A stretch of DNA of 63,099 bases, the filler included, from Kipferlia bialata (lineage: Eukaryota): assembly GCA_003568945.1 (NCBI GenBank). It is 4 parts of 4 records of this genome, joined end to end, with 100 filler letters (N's around TTAATTAATTAA, not from the genome) between each part and the next. Parts side by side here need not be neighbours in the genome. Positions count along the whole stretch, not along the records: positions 1 to 22,644 come from BDIP01000286.1; 3 more parts are not named here. One strand, 5' to 3'. The notes beneath the pieces were generated by a model. That model was not told the origin of the DNA and did no database searches. It saw only the letters and a program-made list of their open reading frames with translations. The position numbers and the translations under genes were made by a program. Below, one piece after another: positions 1 to 10,790 of this stretch (position 1 is the first letter of the stretch; each line of letters opens with the position of its first letter).

Positions 1-181
1 GAGTATGTATTCCTATATGCCACACTGGTGACCCGGAGGGTCACGCCGCACTAGTTGTGTAAACAAAGATTCTTCACATCCAAATATTCAACGGCATTCT
101 TCCAACCCGAGTATGTCATTTCTAGCATTGGTTACATCATACATATGTATAGGTATGCACATCATTCTTTCAACCCTCCAG

Positions 182-2406
182 GCGTTGTGATCAAGCTGTG
201 CTCTGTGGCCGATGTATACATCACTTATATACAACAATATATTGCATTAATATTTCTTTTGTAGACCCATATCATTCTGTCAACCCTAGGTGTAGTTATC
301 AAGCTGTGCTCTGTGGCCGATGTCTCAACAATATACCACCATCACTTCCTTATCTTTTAATAATGTGTGTATCTATCTATATCTAACTTCCAGGTGTAGT
401 TATCAAGCTGTGCTCTGTGGCCGATGGATGCACACCCCTGCACATCACAGCCGCAAAGGCCATCATGAACAGGTAACATATACCACAGTCATATACTTGT
501 CAGTATTCAAGTTCATAAGGAACTATTAGTTTCGCAACGCCCCTTATCCCCCCTCCGACTCACCCCCAGGGACCGTGACTCTAGATATGCCTTCAACCTG
601 GCCTTCTGGGACTACATTGGAAGGTATTGATTAGATGCTTGATAATATCCTACATATATTTCAAATCTATAAGCTATATGCATTCTGGGACTACATTGGA
701 AGGTGGGGTGGATACATGTTTCATGTATTGAAGACATTCGAAATTTTCCTGTATATACCCGCTGACCCCAGGATAGCCTCTGAGTCTGGCAGGAACATCA
801 GCAACACGCATACATACTATAAATACATGATATTATTAGTCATGATATACATGTTCTATTCTTTCTTACACTAGGATAGCCTCAGAGTCTGGCAGGAGCA
901 TCAGCAACACATATACATAAATACACATTAGAATACCATTATATTCAATCATGTACTATAGGATATCTGACTGTAGGATAGCCTCTGAGTCTGGCAGGAG
1001 CATTAGCAACACGGCCATCCTACTCGCACACCTGCTGGGACCAGGCAACAAGGGTATGTCATAGATAATACTTGGGGTGGTCCTTGGAGACCAATTTATA
1101 CTCTTCCCAATCGAGGTTTAGTCAATCTGTATATACCCAAGTATACGTCTGACACTCAGGCTCTGGTATCTCCTGGGGCGTTGTCAAGAAGGCACTGGGC
1201 CTCGGAGGGAAGGCACAGGTGAGGACAAGCGTAACATACCTTCCACACTCTATTCTCCGTCTTCCCCTCTCTATTCCTATCAGTAAATATTGTATGTACT
1301 GTCAGGTACTCACCCCAGGTCTGGTTTGACATTGTCCTCCTCACTCTGTTCACCGATATGTATATCTCTCTATGTATACATATTTATAGATTGATTGATA
1401 GATTTCTTCTACTCAACTAATTGATAGGTCTGGTTTGACATCGTCCTCCTGACCTTGTCCACCGATGTGACGTGCAATGGAGTAGATAGGGGTGCATGGG
1501 TGCAGCTCCTACAGCCCATCAAGGCGGTGGGGCACGAGCAGCTCATGAGGTATCACATGTAGTACAATTACATATATATGTATATATGTGTATACATATG
1601 AATATCAATATACTAAGAGGATACTATAGTGGTCTATCAAGGCGGTGGGGCACGAGCAGCTCATGAGGTATTGTATATATATATAACTAGTTGACCTCTA
1701 CAAATATTCACATATTCAACGAACACTATGGTCCGTGTTGCCTTGAAAACTCTGGCCCATATTCGTTAATAACCACACAAGTGTAACATATTTGGCATTC
1801 GTACAAATGCATGTGCACCCCCTCTGACCCCCAGAGAGTATGCCGAGATGACAGGCCATGGCAATGTGCCACTCGTCACAAGGTATGTATTGTAGTAGTC
1901 GATATCTATCTGAGTACCTGCACTATCTCTCTCCCTATATGCAAATTTGTATGAGCTCCTACAACAACATCATTTCTCATATGGTCTATATACACATCAT
2001 CTTATCCACTAGGATGGCCTCTGTGCTGCAGTCCCTGGTCAAGAGACTCAGGAGGAGGGACAGACAGGTGGGTACATGTATATTTGTACATATATACTAT
2101 ATGTGTATAATATATACTATGTATGTATGTATTGGTCGAGAGACTCAGGAGGAGGGACAGACAGGTATATATACATACATATATACTTGAGTTGTTTTCT
2201 AGGCCCTGCTCTGGCTTACCATAGCTGGCACTCTACGGATGCGTATGTATTACTATATATCTCCTATCCTTAACTAACCCCAGGCCCTGCTGTGTCTGAC
2301 CATAGCTCTCTCTCTCCCGTACTCTCTCTCTCTTTCTCTCTCTGTATAGCAGTGAAGTAATGTATCCTTACCCCAGGCCCTGCTGTGTCTCACTATTGCT
2401 GGCACT
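182..2406 (+). repeat. Intronic partial copies of adjacent exon ends (exon echoes) in the NOM1-like gene
   Basis: Exon-start copies at 182, 290, 772, 875, 1319, 2203, 2284 and 2377; exon-end copies at 680-702, 1636-1667 and 2133-2164. Confidence 0.95.
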
Positions 2407-2561
2407 CTACTTATATATATATACTATTGTATATCACCTCTCGTTCCTTACTCCAGGCCCTTCTCTGTCTCACTATTGCTGGCACCGACAGGGACAGAGC
2501 CATGGCCAGATTGACAGAGGTCAGGGAGGAGTGTCTAAGGCTAGGCAGGAAGGAGGAGTAG
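394..2561 (+). CDS. 3' part of an MA3-domain protein, most like NOM1/Sgd1 (nucleolar MIF4G/MA3 protein); 5' end lies outside the window
   Basis: Exons 394-472, 570-623, 977-1053, 1160-1218, 1428-1549, 1835-1882, 2013-2067, 2457-2561 splice in phase to VVIKLCSVADGCTPLHITAAKAIMNRDRDSRYAFNLAFWDYIGRIASESGRSISNTAILLAHLLGPGNKGSGISWGVV...ALLCLTIAGTDRDRAMARLTEVREECLRLGRKEE*. The F..(S/A).WD....SN...L.AHLL pattern and C-terminal position recall the NOM1 MA3 domain; CWC22 is the alternative. Confidence 0.6.
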
Positions 2562-3027
2562 AGAGACAGAGAGAGGGGAGAGGGTGAGACTCTGCTGGGA
2601 TGATGACTGGAGAGCTGGAGATTTCCAGGGTAGTATTCGATATGGGCCGTAATAGATCGTAGCCATGTTGGAATAGCGGGTGGAGACTTGTGGTAGTTGA
2701 TAGGGTTCCTCTAATATTCTCGATTGGGCATCAATATGATTCCGTCAGAGGGACGCATCCAATCTGATAACTCACTCTGGGAACAACGGTATATTACATA
2801 TTACTAAGACTCCTGGGAGTACATTGCCCATGACCACTTCCCAACACAAATTCAATAATATTGAATCAATATATTCTCAATGAGAATTTCTCATTCCAAT
2901 TTCATATTCCTTCTCAACACTCTCTCGTCAGAGGTGAGATAACACAGCAACGTACTCTCTGTAGTTGTTACTCACACACACTGTAAAGTCTGGCATCGTG
3001 ACCGATTCACACACTATATACACAAGT

Positions 3028-6017
3028 TCAGATGTCGACAGAGACCAAAGCGTTGTCCACTTGCCCCTCTAGTTCCCCTAGCCATCCCTCCAGTGTCTCC
3101 ACCACCTTGGTGATGTCTGCACCCACCCTCTGGGTCATGGGTTGGGTGATACGGACCTGGGAGTCAATAGTGCATAGTATATACACATGAGGATAATGAA
3201 TATATCTCTGGGTCACGGGCTGGGTATTCTGTACCCGGGGTCAATAGTGTATGGGATATATATATATACTACAATATATATACATATGCCCCCACCCTCT
3301 GGGTCATGGGCTGGGTGACACGGACCAAGAGGTCAGTGTTGTATATCACCTTGTTGGATATGTATACCATATAGGTGTGAGTATATGTATGTATAAATGG
3401 GTCATGGGCAGGGTGATACGGACCTGGGGGTAGGTATCGGAGATATACCTACAGACTGACAGGTGGTATGGTAGGTAGATGTATATACATAGGGAGATAC
3501 TAGTTATTGACTAAGAGATGTGCCCACCTGTCTCAGTAGGGGTAGAAGGTCAGTGTGGGAGGCAAGTGCCGGCACTCCTGCACCCTCAAAGCAGTATGCT
3601 AGACCCTCAATGTGCCACAGGGCGGAAGCGACATCAATGGGCACACTCATCATGTTTAGCATGTTGGGTGGTCCTCCTGGGTGTTAATAGTAACCACTGT
3701 ACATATATAGTATATATAGTATATACATATCTACTATTACCTATGGAATACTCAGTATACTGAATCATACCATACATTGGAAGGTATCATAATGGATATA
3801 TATCAATTAATTATTAATATGAATGGTATCCTATTAGGTAGTTGAGTTAAAGATTAGTAAACATATATCATCTCATATACTATATATCAGTTACATATAC
3901 ATATATACATATACCTGTCCCAGGCCGACCCTGTCTAAGAAGTGCATGTTGGCTGAAAGATACTTGATATATCATGTATAGGATGGATATATCATGTATA
4001 CGTATGGATATATATATATATATATATATACCTGGCTCAACCTGAGGCTCAGGCAGAGTGTCCAAGTGGTGCATGTTGGCGGAGATGTATAGGTAAATAT
4101 ACATATATATGTATAGTATAGATATATGTCAGTATAGTCTATACCTGTCCGTGGCTGACTGGCCCTGTCCAGGTGGTGCATTATGGCTGAGATATATGCA
4201 CTCAGTGCATCAAGGGAGGTATCAATGAGCAGGAGGGGGAAGACACTCCTGGAGGTGAGTGATACATATATATATATATATATATAATCATATGTACTTA
4301 GTATACGGGGAGAGGCATATGTAGAGGCATCAGTGAGCAGGAGACGGAAGACACTCCAAAAAGTATGAGAGTAGGTACTCAAAATTGTCAGAGATGTATG
4401 CTTTGGTGTGGGTAAAGTAGTGTTGTATATTCACTACATAGCAATGAGAGACGTTGGGTATATGTACCTACATGTGCCGCTTCAACCACTCCCACTTCTT
4501 CCATTTACCGTATATATATCGAATTGATATACAATATACTACTATACATACCTGTACCGCATCAGGTGGATCAGGGCCACGAAATTTTCTCTCGGGAAGT
4601 TGTTAGAGAGAAGACCTTGGTTGACCTTTGTCTGGTGTAACGAATATACGTATACGTATATAAGCATATATGTGGGGTGTGTATGATTCACTTTAGAACC
4701 CACCATAATGTCCTCTGTGACATCTGTCATCATCTGCATATTCATACATGTATACATACACTATATATTTCTTTGTATATGTTGTAGTTCTCACCATAAT
4801 GTCCTCTGTGACCTCGGTCATGACAGCCACCCTCTCTTGGTGGGAGAGAGAGAGAGGGGACTCACACACATGGGGGTCGAAGAGCCTAGGTCATTAGAGA
4901 GGTACATTATATGAGAGATATGTAACCAGAATTATCATACTATGTAATAGAGAGTAAGTAGTAACACATGTACTCACACACATGGGGGTCGAAGAGCCAG
5001 GTCATTAGTGGGGTATTGTACTAATACATATACTAATGGAGTCTGTATGTGGCGAGGAGGGGGGTGGGGTAATAGTATGAAACAGTATATGACGTGTGCT
5101 CTATGTATGTCGATAGGTATACATAATAGTGTATGACGTATGTCTACTCACCTGGTGCTAATCTCCATACTCTCACATGCAAGATGGGTGAAGAAGAGAA
5201 CCGAGTCAACCTCAGAACGGAGGTCGTTGCTATTACCACCAACAGCCTCAATTGTGCCAATACTCTGTGACATGTTCTCCAGGAGAGGCCTAACTGAGTG
5301 GTAGAAGCTATCGAATGAGCCCTCCATCATGGGACTGAAGACAGAGGAGACTTCACTGGGGTAAGATACAATGGTATATGCATATACATATATATCCTAT
5401 ATAGTGATAAGCACAATACATCACGGGGCTGAAGACGGAGGAGACATCGCTGGGGTGAGACTAAGTACACAGAGTGCAAAGAATAGTATAAATATATACC
5501 TTTACAATTCTCATATATTCCCCCTTTACAAGACACATACACACGTTGTAATTGAAGAAAGGATTGGGTTTGTACACCAGTATATACCTCGGCCACTGGC
5601 ACATACTCTCTATGAACCCAGCTGCAGCCAGTCTCTCTCTCTGAATCTGCTCCTGACCTCCATCAGATGCACTGTCCCAGTCTGGTATCAGTATCAGTAG
5701 TGCAATACACTATAATACTACCATGCTGATACTGATACTGATGCTAATACTGCTCCTGACATATATCAGTTACACTGTCCCAGTCTGGCATTAGCATGTA
5801 TAGCATGTGTATATATATGGAGGGAGTAATGGTGTTATATATCCTCAGCTTCACATAAAATCATCTCTATTAACATCTATGCACCTTGGATATATACATA
5901 GGAAGTAAATATGTATACATTAACATGTATGTAAATATGGGTATATATGTATGCCATACATTGTATGGTGTGTATACCTACACTCATCTTGGCCAGGATG
6001 GAGAGGAGCCACATGTG
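3028..6017 (-). CDS. Multi-exon protein of unknown function, probably alpha-helical; start not found
   Basis: In-phase GT-AG exons include 6017-5978 (HMWLLSILAKMSV), ~5682-5588 (DWDSASDGGQEQIQRERLAAAGFIESMCQWP), ~5355-5152, a short exon at ~4885, ~4732-4692, ~4631-4552, ~4247-4146, ~3675-3527 and 3156-3028 (VRITQPMTQRVGADITKVVETLEGWLGELEGQVDNALVSVDI*). No family recognised. Confidence 0.7.
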
Positions 6018-6080
6018 CTGGAGGGTTAGGAAGGGGGGGGGGGGGGGGGGGTTTTTTTAAAAAAATCAAAGGGGGGGGGG

Positions 6081-6116
<36 letters not shown>

Positions 6117-6161
6117 GGGGGATACTAATCTGTGCATATATAAAGATATGAGAGTCCCCAC

Positions 6162-7544
6162 CTGCTTCTGTGCCACTGGGGCCACTCCGTTCTTGGCAAT
6201 CTGGCCAATCATGAGCTCGTCCAGGATCCTGGGGGTGAGGCAACTGTATAGAGACCAGCACACTGTATTAAAATATCTCTGTACCTGTCGACCTCTGCCC
6301 CTGCGATCTCCTCCTCGTCCTCCACCCCCAGGGCATCGTCCATGGTCTCATTCACCATCTCCTGGGGGTGAGGGGGAGGATGAAACATATCACTAGAGGA
6401 TGCGGGGATAGCACATATATATCAGTAAAGAGAGTTGTGCTCAGTTTGTATTTTGATGATACATGAAAGGGAAGGCGATACAGTAGCAGAGACACCCACA
6501 CAATGCACGTACCTCCATGAGCCCTGCCTTTGCCATCTGCTTGGACATGTCTCTCATGGTGTCTCTGAGCTCTGGCACACTGACCAGCTGGTTCATGGCC
6601 TCCATGATAGGGACGGTGTTGGACATGACGCCAGACACCCTGGGGTTAAGGGGGGGAGAATGGAAGGGTAGGAAGGGTGGGTAGAATAGGAGACCTGAAT
6701 GGAGGGGGGTGGGGGGTACGATACAACAACACTATAAAGGCTAGACTATTCTGGAGGGAAATGTACCATAAACAATTAATAGGATGAAAATGGGTAATGA
6801 GAAGTGGAAATATGTATCATCCTAGTATGTAGCAATACGTGTAGGCATCGTATACGGTACAATGACAGCAACGCCGGGATGTAAGAGATACCACCAGCCC
6901 ACACAAAACAGTATACGGCAGTGTGGCATACGATAGAAAGAAGAGTACAATTACAGAGACATTATGACCTGACCCTACCAACATATGACATGAATAGAAA
7001 TGTCCACACTGTGAGAGCAGAGCAGATCAAATACATTCACATCTTACCAACTGACACTACAAGAACAACTAAACACAAATATGCTAGACACCAACACCCA
7101 GGGTGATGTGTATATATATAGACATCAAGCATACACGATAGAGGGTGGAGACTCCCCATACACATACACTACCCGTCCTATCCCACCTGATGACTGCCAT
7201 ATTGGCCTTGATTCCGTTCTGGGCACACTTCAGGTTTGCCTTGGCCTCAATCAGCCTCTCGCAGGTGTGTCTGGCCCTCACAATCTCCTTGGCAATTATC
7301 TTCATACACACTGGATCGTTGTACTTCACGTACATCTGCATCTCACGGGCAGCCTTGGTCTCCTCTCTCCGGATCTGGGACACCTGGGTGAGAAATAAGG
7401 ACCACAGGCCGCAATACAGACCGAAATAACGGTAATCAGTACCTGCCGGTCGATATACCGCATTTCGGAGTTCATGTCCTTCATAGCCTGCTCAGCTGCG
7501 GCAGCAGCCTGCTCTGGCGTAATCTGAGAGGATCCGGCTCCCAT
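6162..7544 (-). CDS. VPS24: ESCRT-III subunit Vps24/CHMP3 (Snf7 family); terminal exon not found
   Basis: Exons 7544-7443, 7383-7187, 6639-6513, 6361-6285, 6228-6162 give MGAGSSQ...IIAKEIVRAR...AKANL...MEAMNQLVSVPELRDTMRDMSKQMAKAGLMEEMVNETMDD...EVDRILDEL. This matches the CHMP3 signature (MQSLVKIPEIQATMRELSKEMMKAGIIEEM). Confidence 0.9.
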
Positions 7545-8088
7545 TCTTGCTGCTTAAACAGGACTCAGGGTTAGAAAGAGGTCCAGCCTTCGATTCCCAA
7601 CCTGACCAAAAGTATCAACCCTTGTCCCTCTGGATCGTGTAGGGCCTACACTGTAGGCATGCTGGTACACAGACACCCTATGGCAGTAGCAGAGGCCAAT
7701 ACCGTGTTTCTACAGAGTAATGCTTATGCGTCAACATCCCCAGACGGATGGATACCACTTAAATAAGAGACATAGCAATTATATCCGACAGATGGAGTGA
7801 TGGGTATACGGTCTATTCAACAACCGAAACACAACTGATGCCCAATGGCATCAATTCAGACAAAAGGCACACAAAACACTTCAATGAGACTCGGACAGCA
7901 CAGAAATCCAACCATATAGGGGTAAACATCGCACTGGGACAGCGCAAGGCAACACTCCCATGAGCCACCCCAATACTCCAAAGAGGAAGGGACGACACCC
8001 ATTGGAATGGGAGGGTGGGGGGGGGGGGGGGGGGGGGGTGGGGCCCCCCCCCCCCCCCCCCCCCCCCCCGCCTTCCCTTACCCTCCAG

Positions 8089-10790
8089 TCTTCCTGGGTC
8101 TCTGTGTGGACTGGGATGGTGTCCAGGGCTGTCTAGGCTCAGACTCCTACGTATGTGAGTTCAGTGTAGGTTGGCCAGGATGGGGGTGGCTCAGTGTGTG
8201 GATGGTACGTGGCGACAGTGAATTCCCTTCTTGCACTTTCACATTATTGTGTATATAGTCTATCTTCTTTCTCTCTCACACACCCCCCCCCACCCCAGTT
8301 CCCCACTGTGGCCTGTGTGGGATACCTCACCTACCTCACCCTGTCTCTGCTGGTGGCCAGGAGAGACGCAGCGCTCATACGGTGGGTTCTATATATATAC
8401 AATAGTATAGAGCTCTATTGCTCTCCTATCAAATCCCACCCCCTAACCCCAGCCCCTTCTTCACCAACGCCGGTCTCCTCTCCCATGACCTCCCCTCCAT
8501 GTCGTGGGGGGAGGTGGTCGACAGGATACTCGTGTACTTACCAGCGGTGGAAGGTAAATCATTATGGTAAATCATTATATATCCTTGTGCCGGACCTCAA
8601 ATATGGTACTCACCCTCCAGGCAGAGAACTGTCAGCTGCCGATGTACAGAAGAGACTCCTGAGATACGATGACTATCTCGTGGCAGGTAGGTGGCTGCAA
8701 CAGCACTTTACACTCTAGTTGCCAAATGGCCCATTGGATGTGCAGTGTACCCCCTATCCCTCAGGTGTCAAGGCCGGCCTGATAGGGGTGGATAAGATGT
8801 ACTTCCCTCGAGCACTGCTGTTTGCTGTACAGCGCATAGTCCTGTACCCGTGCTTTGTGATGAGTGAGGCAGATGAGAGTGGGGGGCAGCGCATAGAGCT
8901 GCACCCTTTGCTACAGAGCAACCCAGACGAGTTTGCCAAGGCACTCTGCAACCGGTGGGGGGTTGTAGGTCACACTGTTGTCGGTACATACTGCTTGTAT
9001 ACAGAGTATTGTCTAATCCCAGGGCCCGTAGCTATGGTATCTGGGCCTTGTGTCTCTCCCCCTTCCTGCTGTGCTACTCTCTAGTGGAGACAGTCTTCAG
9101 TCAGGCTTACGCCCTGTACACAAACACAGGTGGGTGGGAATATCCACATATATGTGTCACTATACACATGCACTCTATGCTTGTGGTCTGGACGTTTCTG
9201 TGATCATTAGTGTGAATGGCAACCTCTAAACCCCCAGAGCTTTTGAGCTCTGCTCAGTGGTCCAACTGTGCCCTGTATAGATTCAGAGCGGTAGGAGAGG
9301 ACAAGACGGCATTTGAGAGGAGGTGGGTTATTCTATGACTCCGGATCTTCTGTTGCTAAAGACTCTCTCCCCACCCAGGATCCGTGCGTCTTATGTGTTT
9401 GCCGAGGCATACATGCACCAGTTTAGATACCCCGTCAAGGAGGTGTGGGGATATATACAGATTCAGAGATGTATATCTCTTGAGTTCATACTATGTTTTC
9501 CCAGGGAAGGAGTAGGAACTCTTTGATATCCTACGGATACATTGACTACATTGACTAGCATACCCTGCCTTCCCCCCTTTTGCTGATTTTCGGTCTCCAA
9601 TACCCAGGCCCTGCTCCGTGCCATCTCCAAGCCCCTCTCCTTCCTGGCCCTGGCCTGTCTGCTGTTCCCCCTGTTCCTAGGACAGGGGGCAGGGGATAGA
9701 GTCATATTTTTCGGGTAGGGGGTGACACACACAATCCTAAGTACACCCTGTACTTGTAATCTCAGTAATCCATATACTCATGTATTCTCATAGTCTTGTG
9801 TCCTTTTCCCCTCTGATACCTAGCTTCTCGATGACATTCCTCCTGGGTCTAGCTGCTGCCTCCAGCCTAGCAGTCAGGGCCATGATCCCATCCACTGCCA
9901 AGAGGTGATATATACTTAGTTGCACTATAATAGTGTACCAACTTAGGTCTGACTCCCAGGTACGAGCCTGCCCGTGCCTATTCCAGACTGCAGAGGGTCC
10001 TCTTGTACACAGACGAGAAGTGGGCTGCAGCACCGGCCAGCAAGGAGACACGGCAGAGCATTGCAAAGCTGTATCAGGTACCAACTGGCATTGGGTAGAT
10101 ATTGTGTAGCGACCACCTTCTCTCACCACCAGCCTTGGTGGCGCAGGGCCCTTAAGGATATGGTGGCCATGTTCAAGGTAGGACAGTGGCTATTGGTGTA
10201 TCAGGGTAATTGTACAAGTCCTGTCAAGATCAATGTATTGTAATGGACTCCATATCTTATATGAGCCCTCATGTTCTTTGATACTGACACTGGTGTATGC
10301 AGGGTGGGATTGGTAGAATGCTGGTATTTATATCACTGACTGGAGTATTTTCCATTGTCCAGCCGTACCACACACTCCATATGCCCGTATTGACTGACCT
10401 TTTGTGTGGCTACGTCCAAAGTGTGACCCCAGGTCCCCATTCTGCTGCTGAGGGCAGACAACCCCGACTCCTGGCTAGTCAAGTACGTCAGATACATAGC
10501 CAGCAACACTGAGGTCGAGGGGAACGGCGCCACCCTGCGGTGTGAGGAGAGCATCAAGCCGGGGAAGGAGCAGACAGAGGTGGAGGGCGCTACAGAGTAT
10601 GCAGGTGAGGGATATGTGGTGATGTCTTTGTTAGGTGATGACCAAGGCATATAGCAATACTTGCCGTTGCACTCTCTGCTGATTGGGCACGATATTCTAT
10701 ATTCTCTTGCAGCTTACCCCAGGTCTTGACGCTGTAGACCAGGCAGTACTGACAGACAGTGAGGAGTGTGACCCAGCATACACCATATAG
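8089..10790 (+). CDS. ATG9: Autophagy protein ATG9 (lipid scramblase); N-terminal exons not identified
   Basis: Spliced motifs follow ATG9 order: FLGLCVDWD; LSAADVQKRLLRYDDYLVA (cf. LDIYHRILRFQNYMVA); IWALCLSPFLLCYSLVETVFS; SAQWSNCALYRFRAVGEDKTAFERRIRASYVFAEAYMHQF (cf. WSLYGRCYLRHFNELEHEL..RL..GY..ASKYM); AVRAMIP; VPILLL...TEVEGNG. Stop at 10788-10790. Confidence 0.85.

Noticed and set aside
2203..2490. Repeat-spacer array resembling CRISPR
   Set aside because: The repeats are exon copies with splice sites, spacers are low-complexity, the context is eukaryotic and no cas genes are present.
3028..3156. PCI-domain (Rpn9/eIF3m)-like look of the last exon
   Set aside because: Upstream exons lack the winged-helix G.ID motif.
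5920..6263. Poly-Pro/poly-Gly ORFs (also 8007-8258)
   Set aside because: Translations of G/C homopolymer tracts, probably low-quality sequence.
7560..7610. TTCGATT resembling a tRNA T-loop
   Set aside because: Flanks do not form a T-stem and no cloverleaf can be built.
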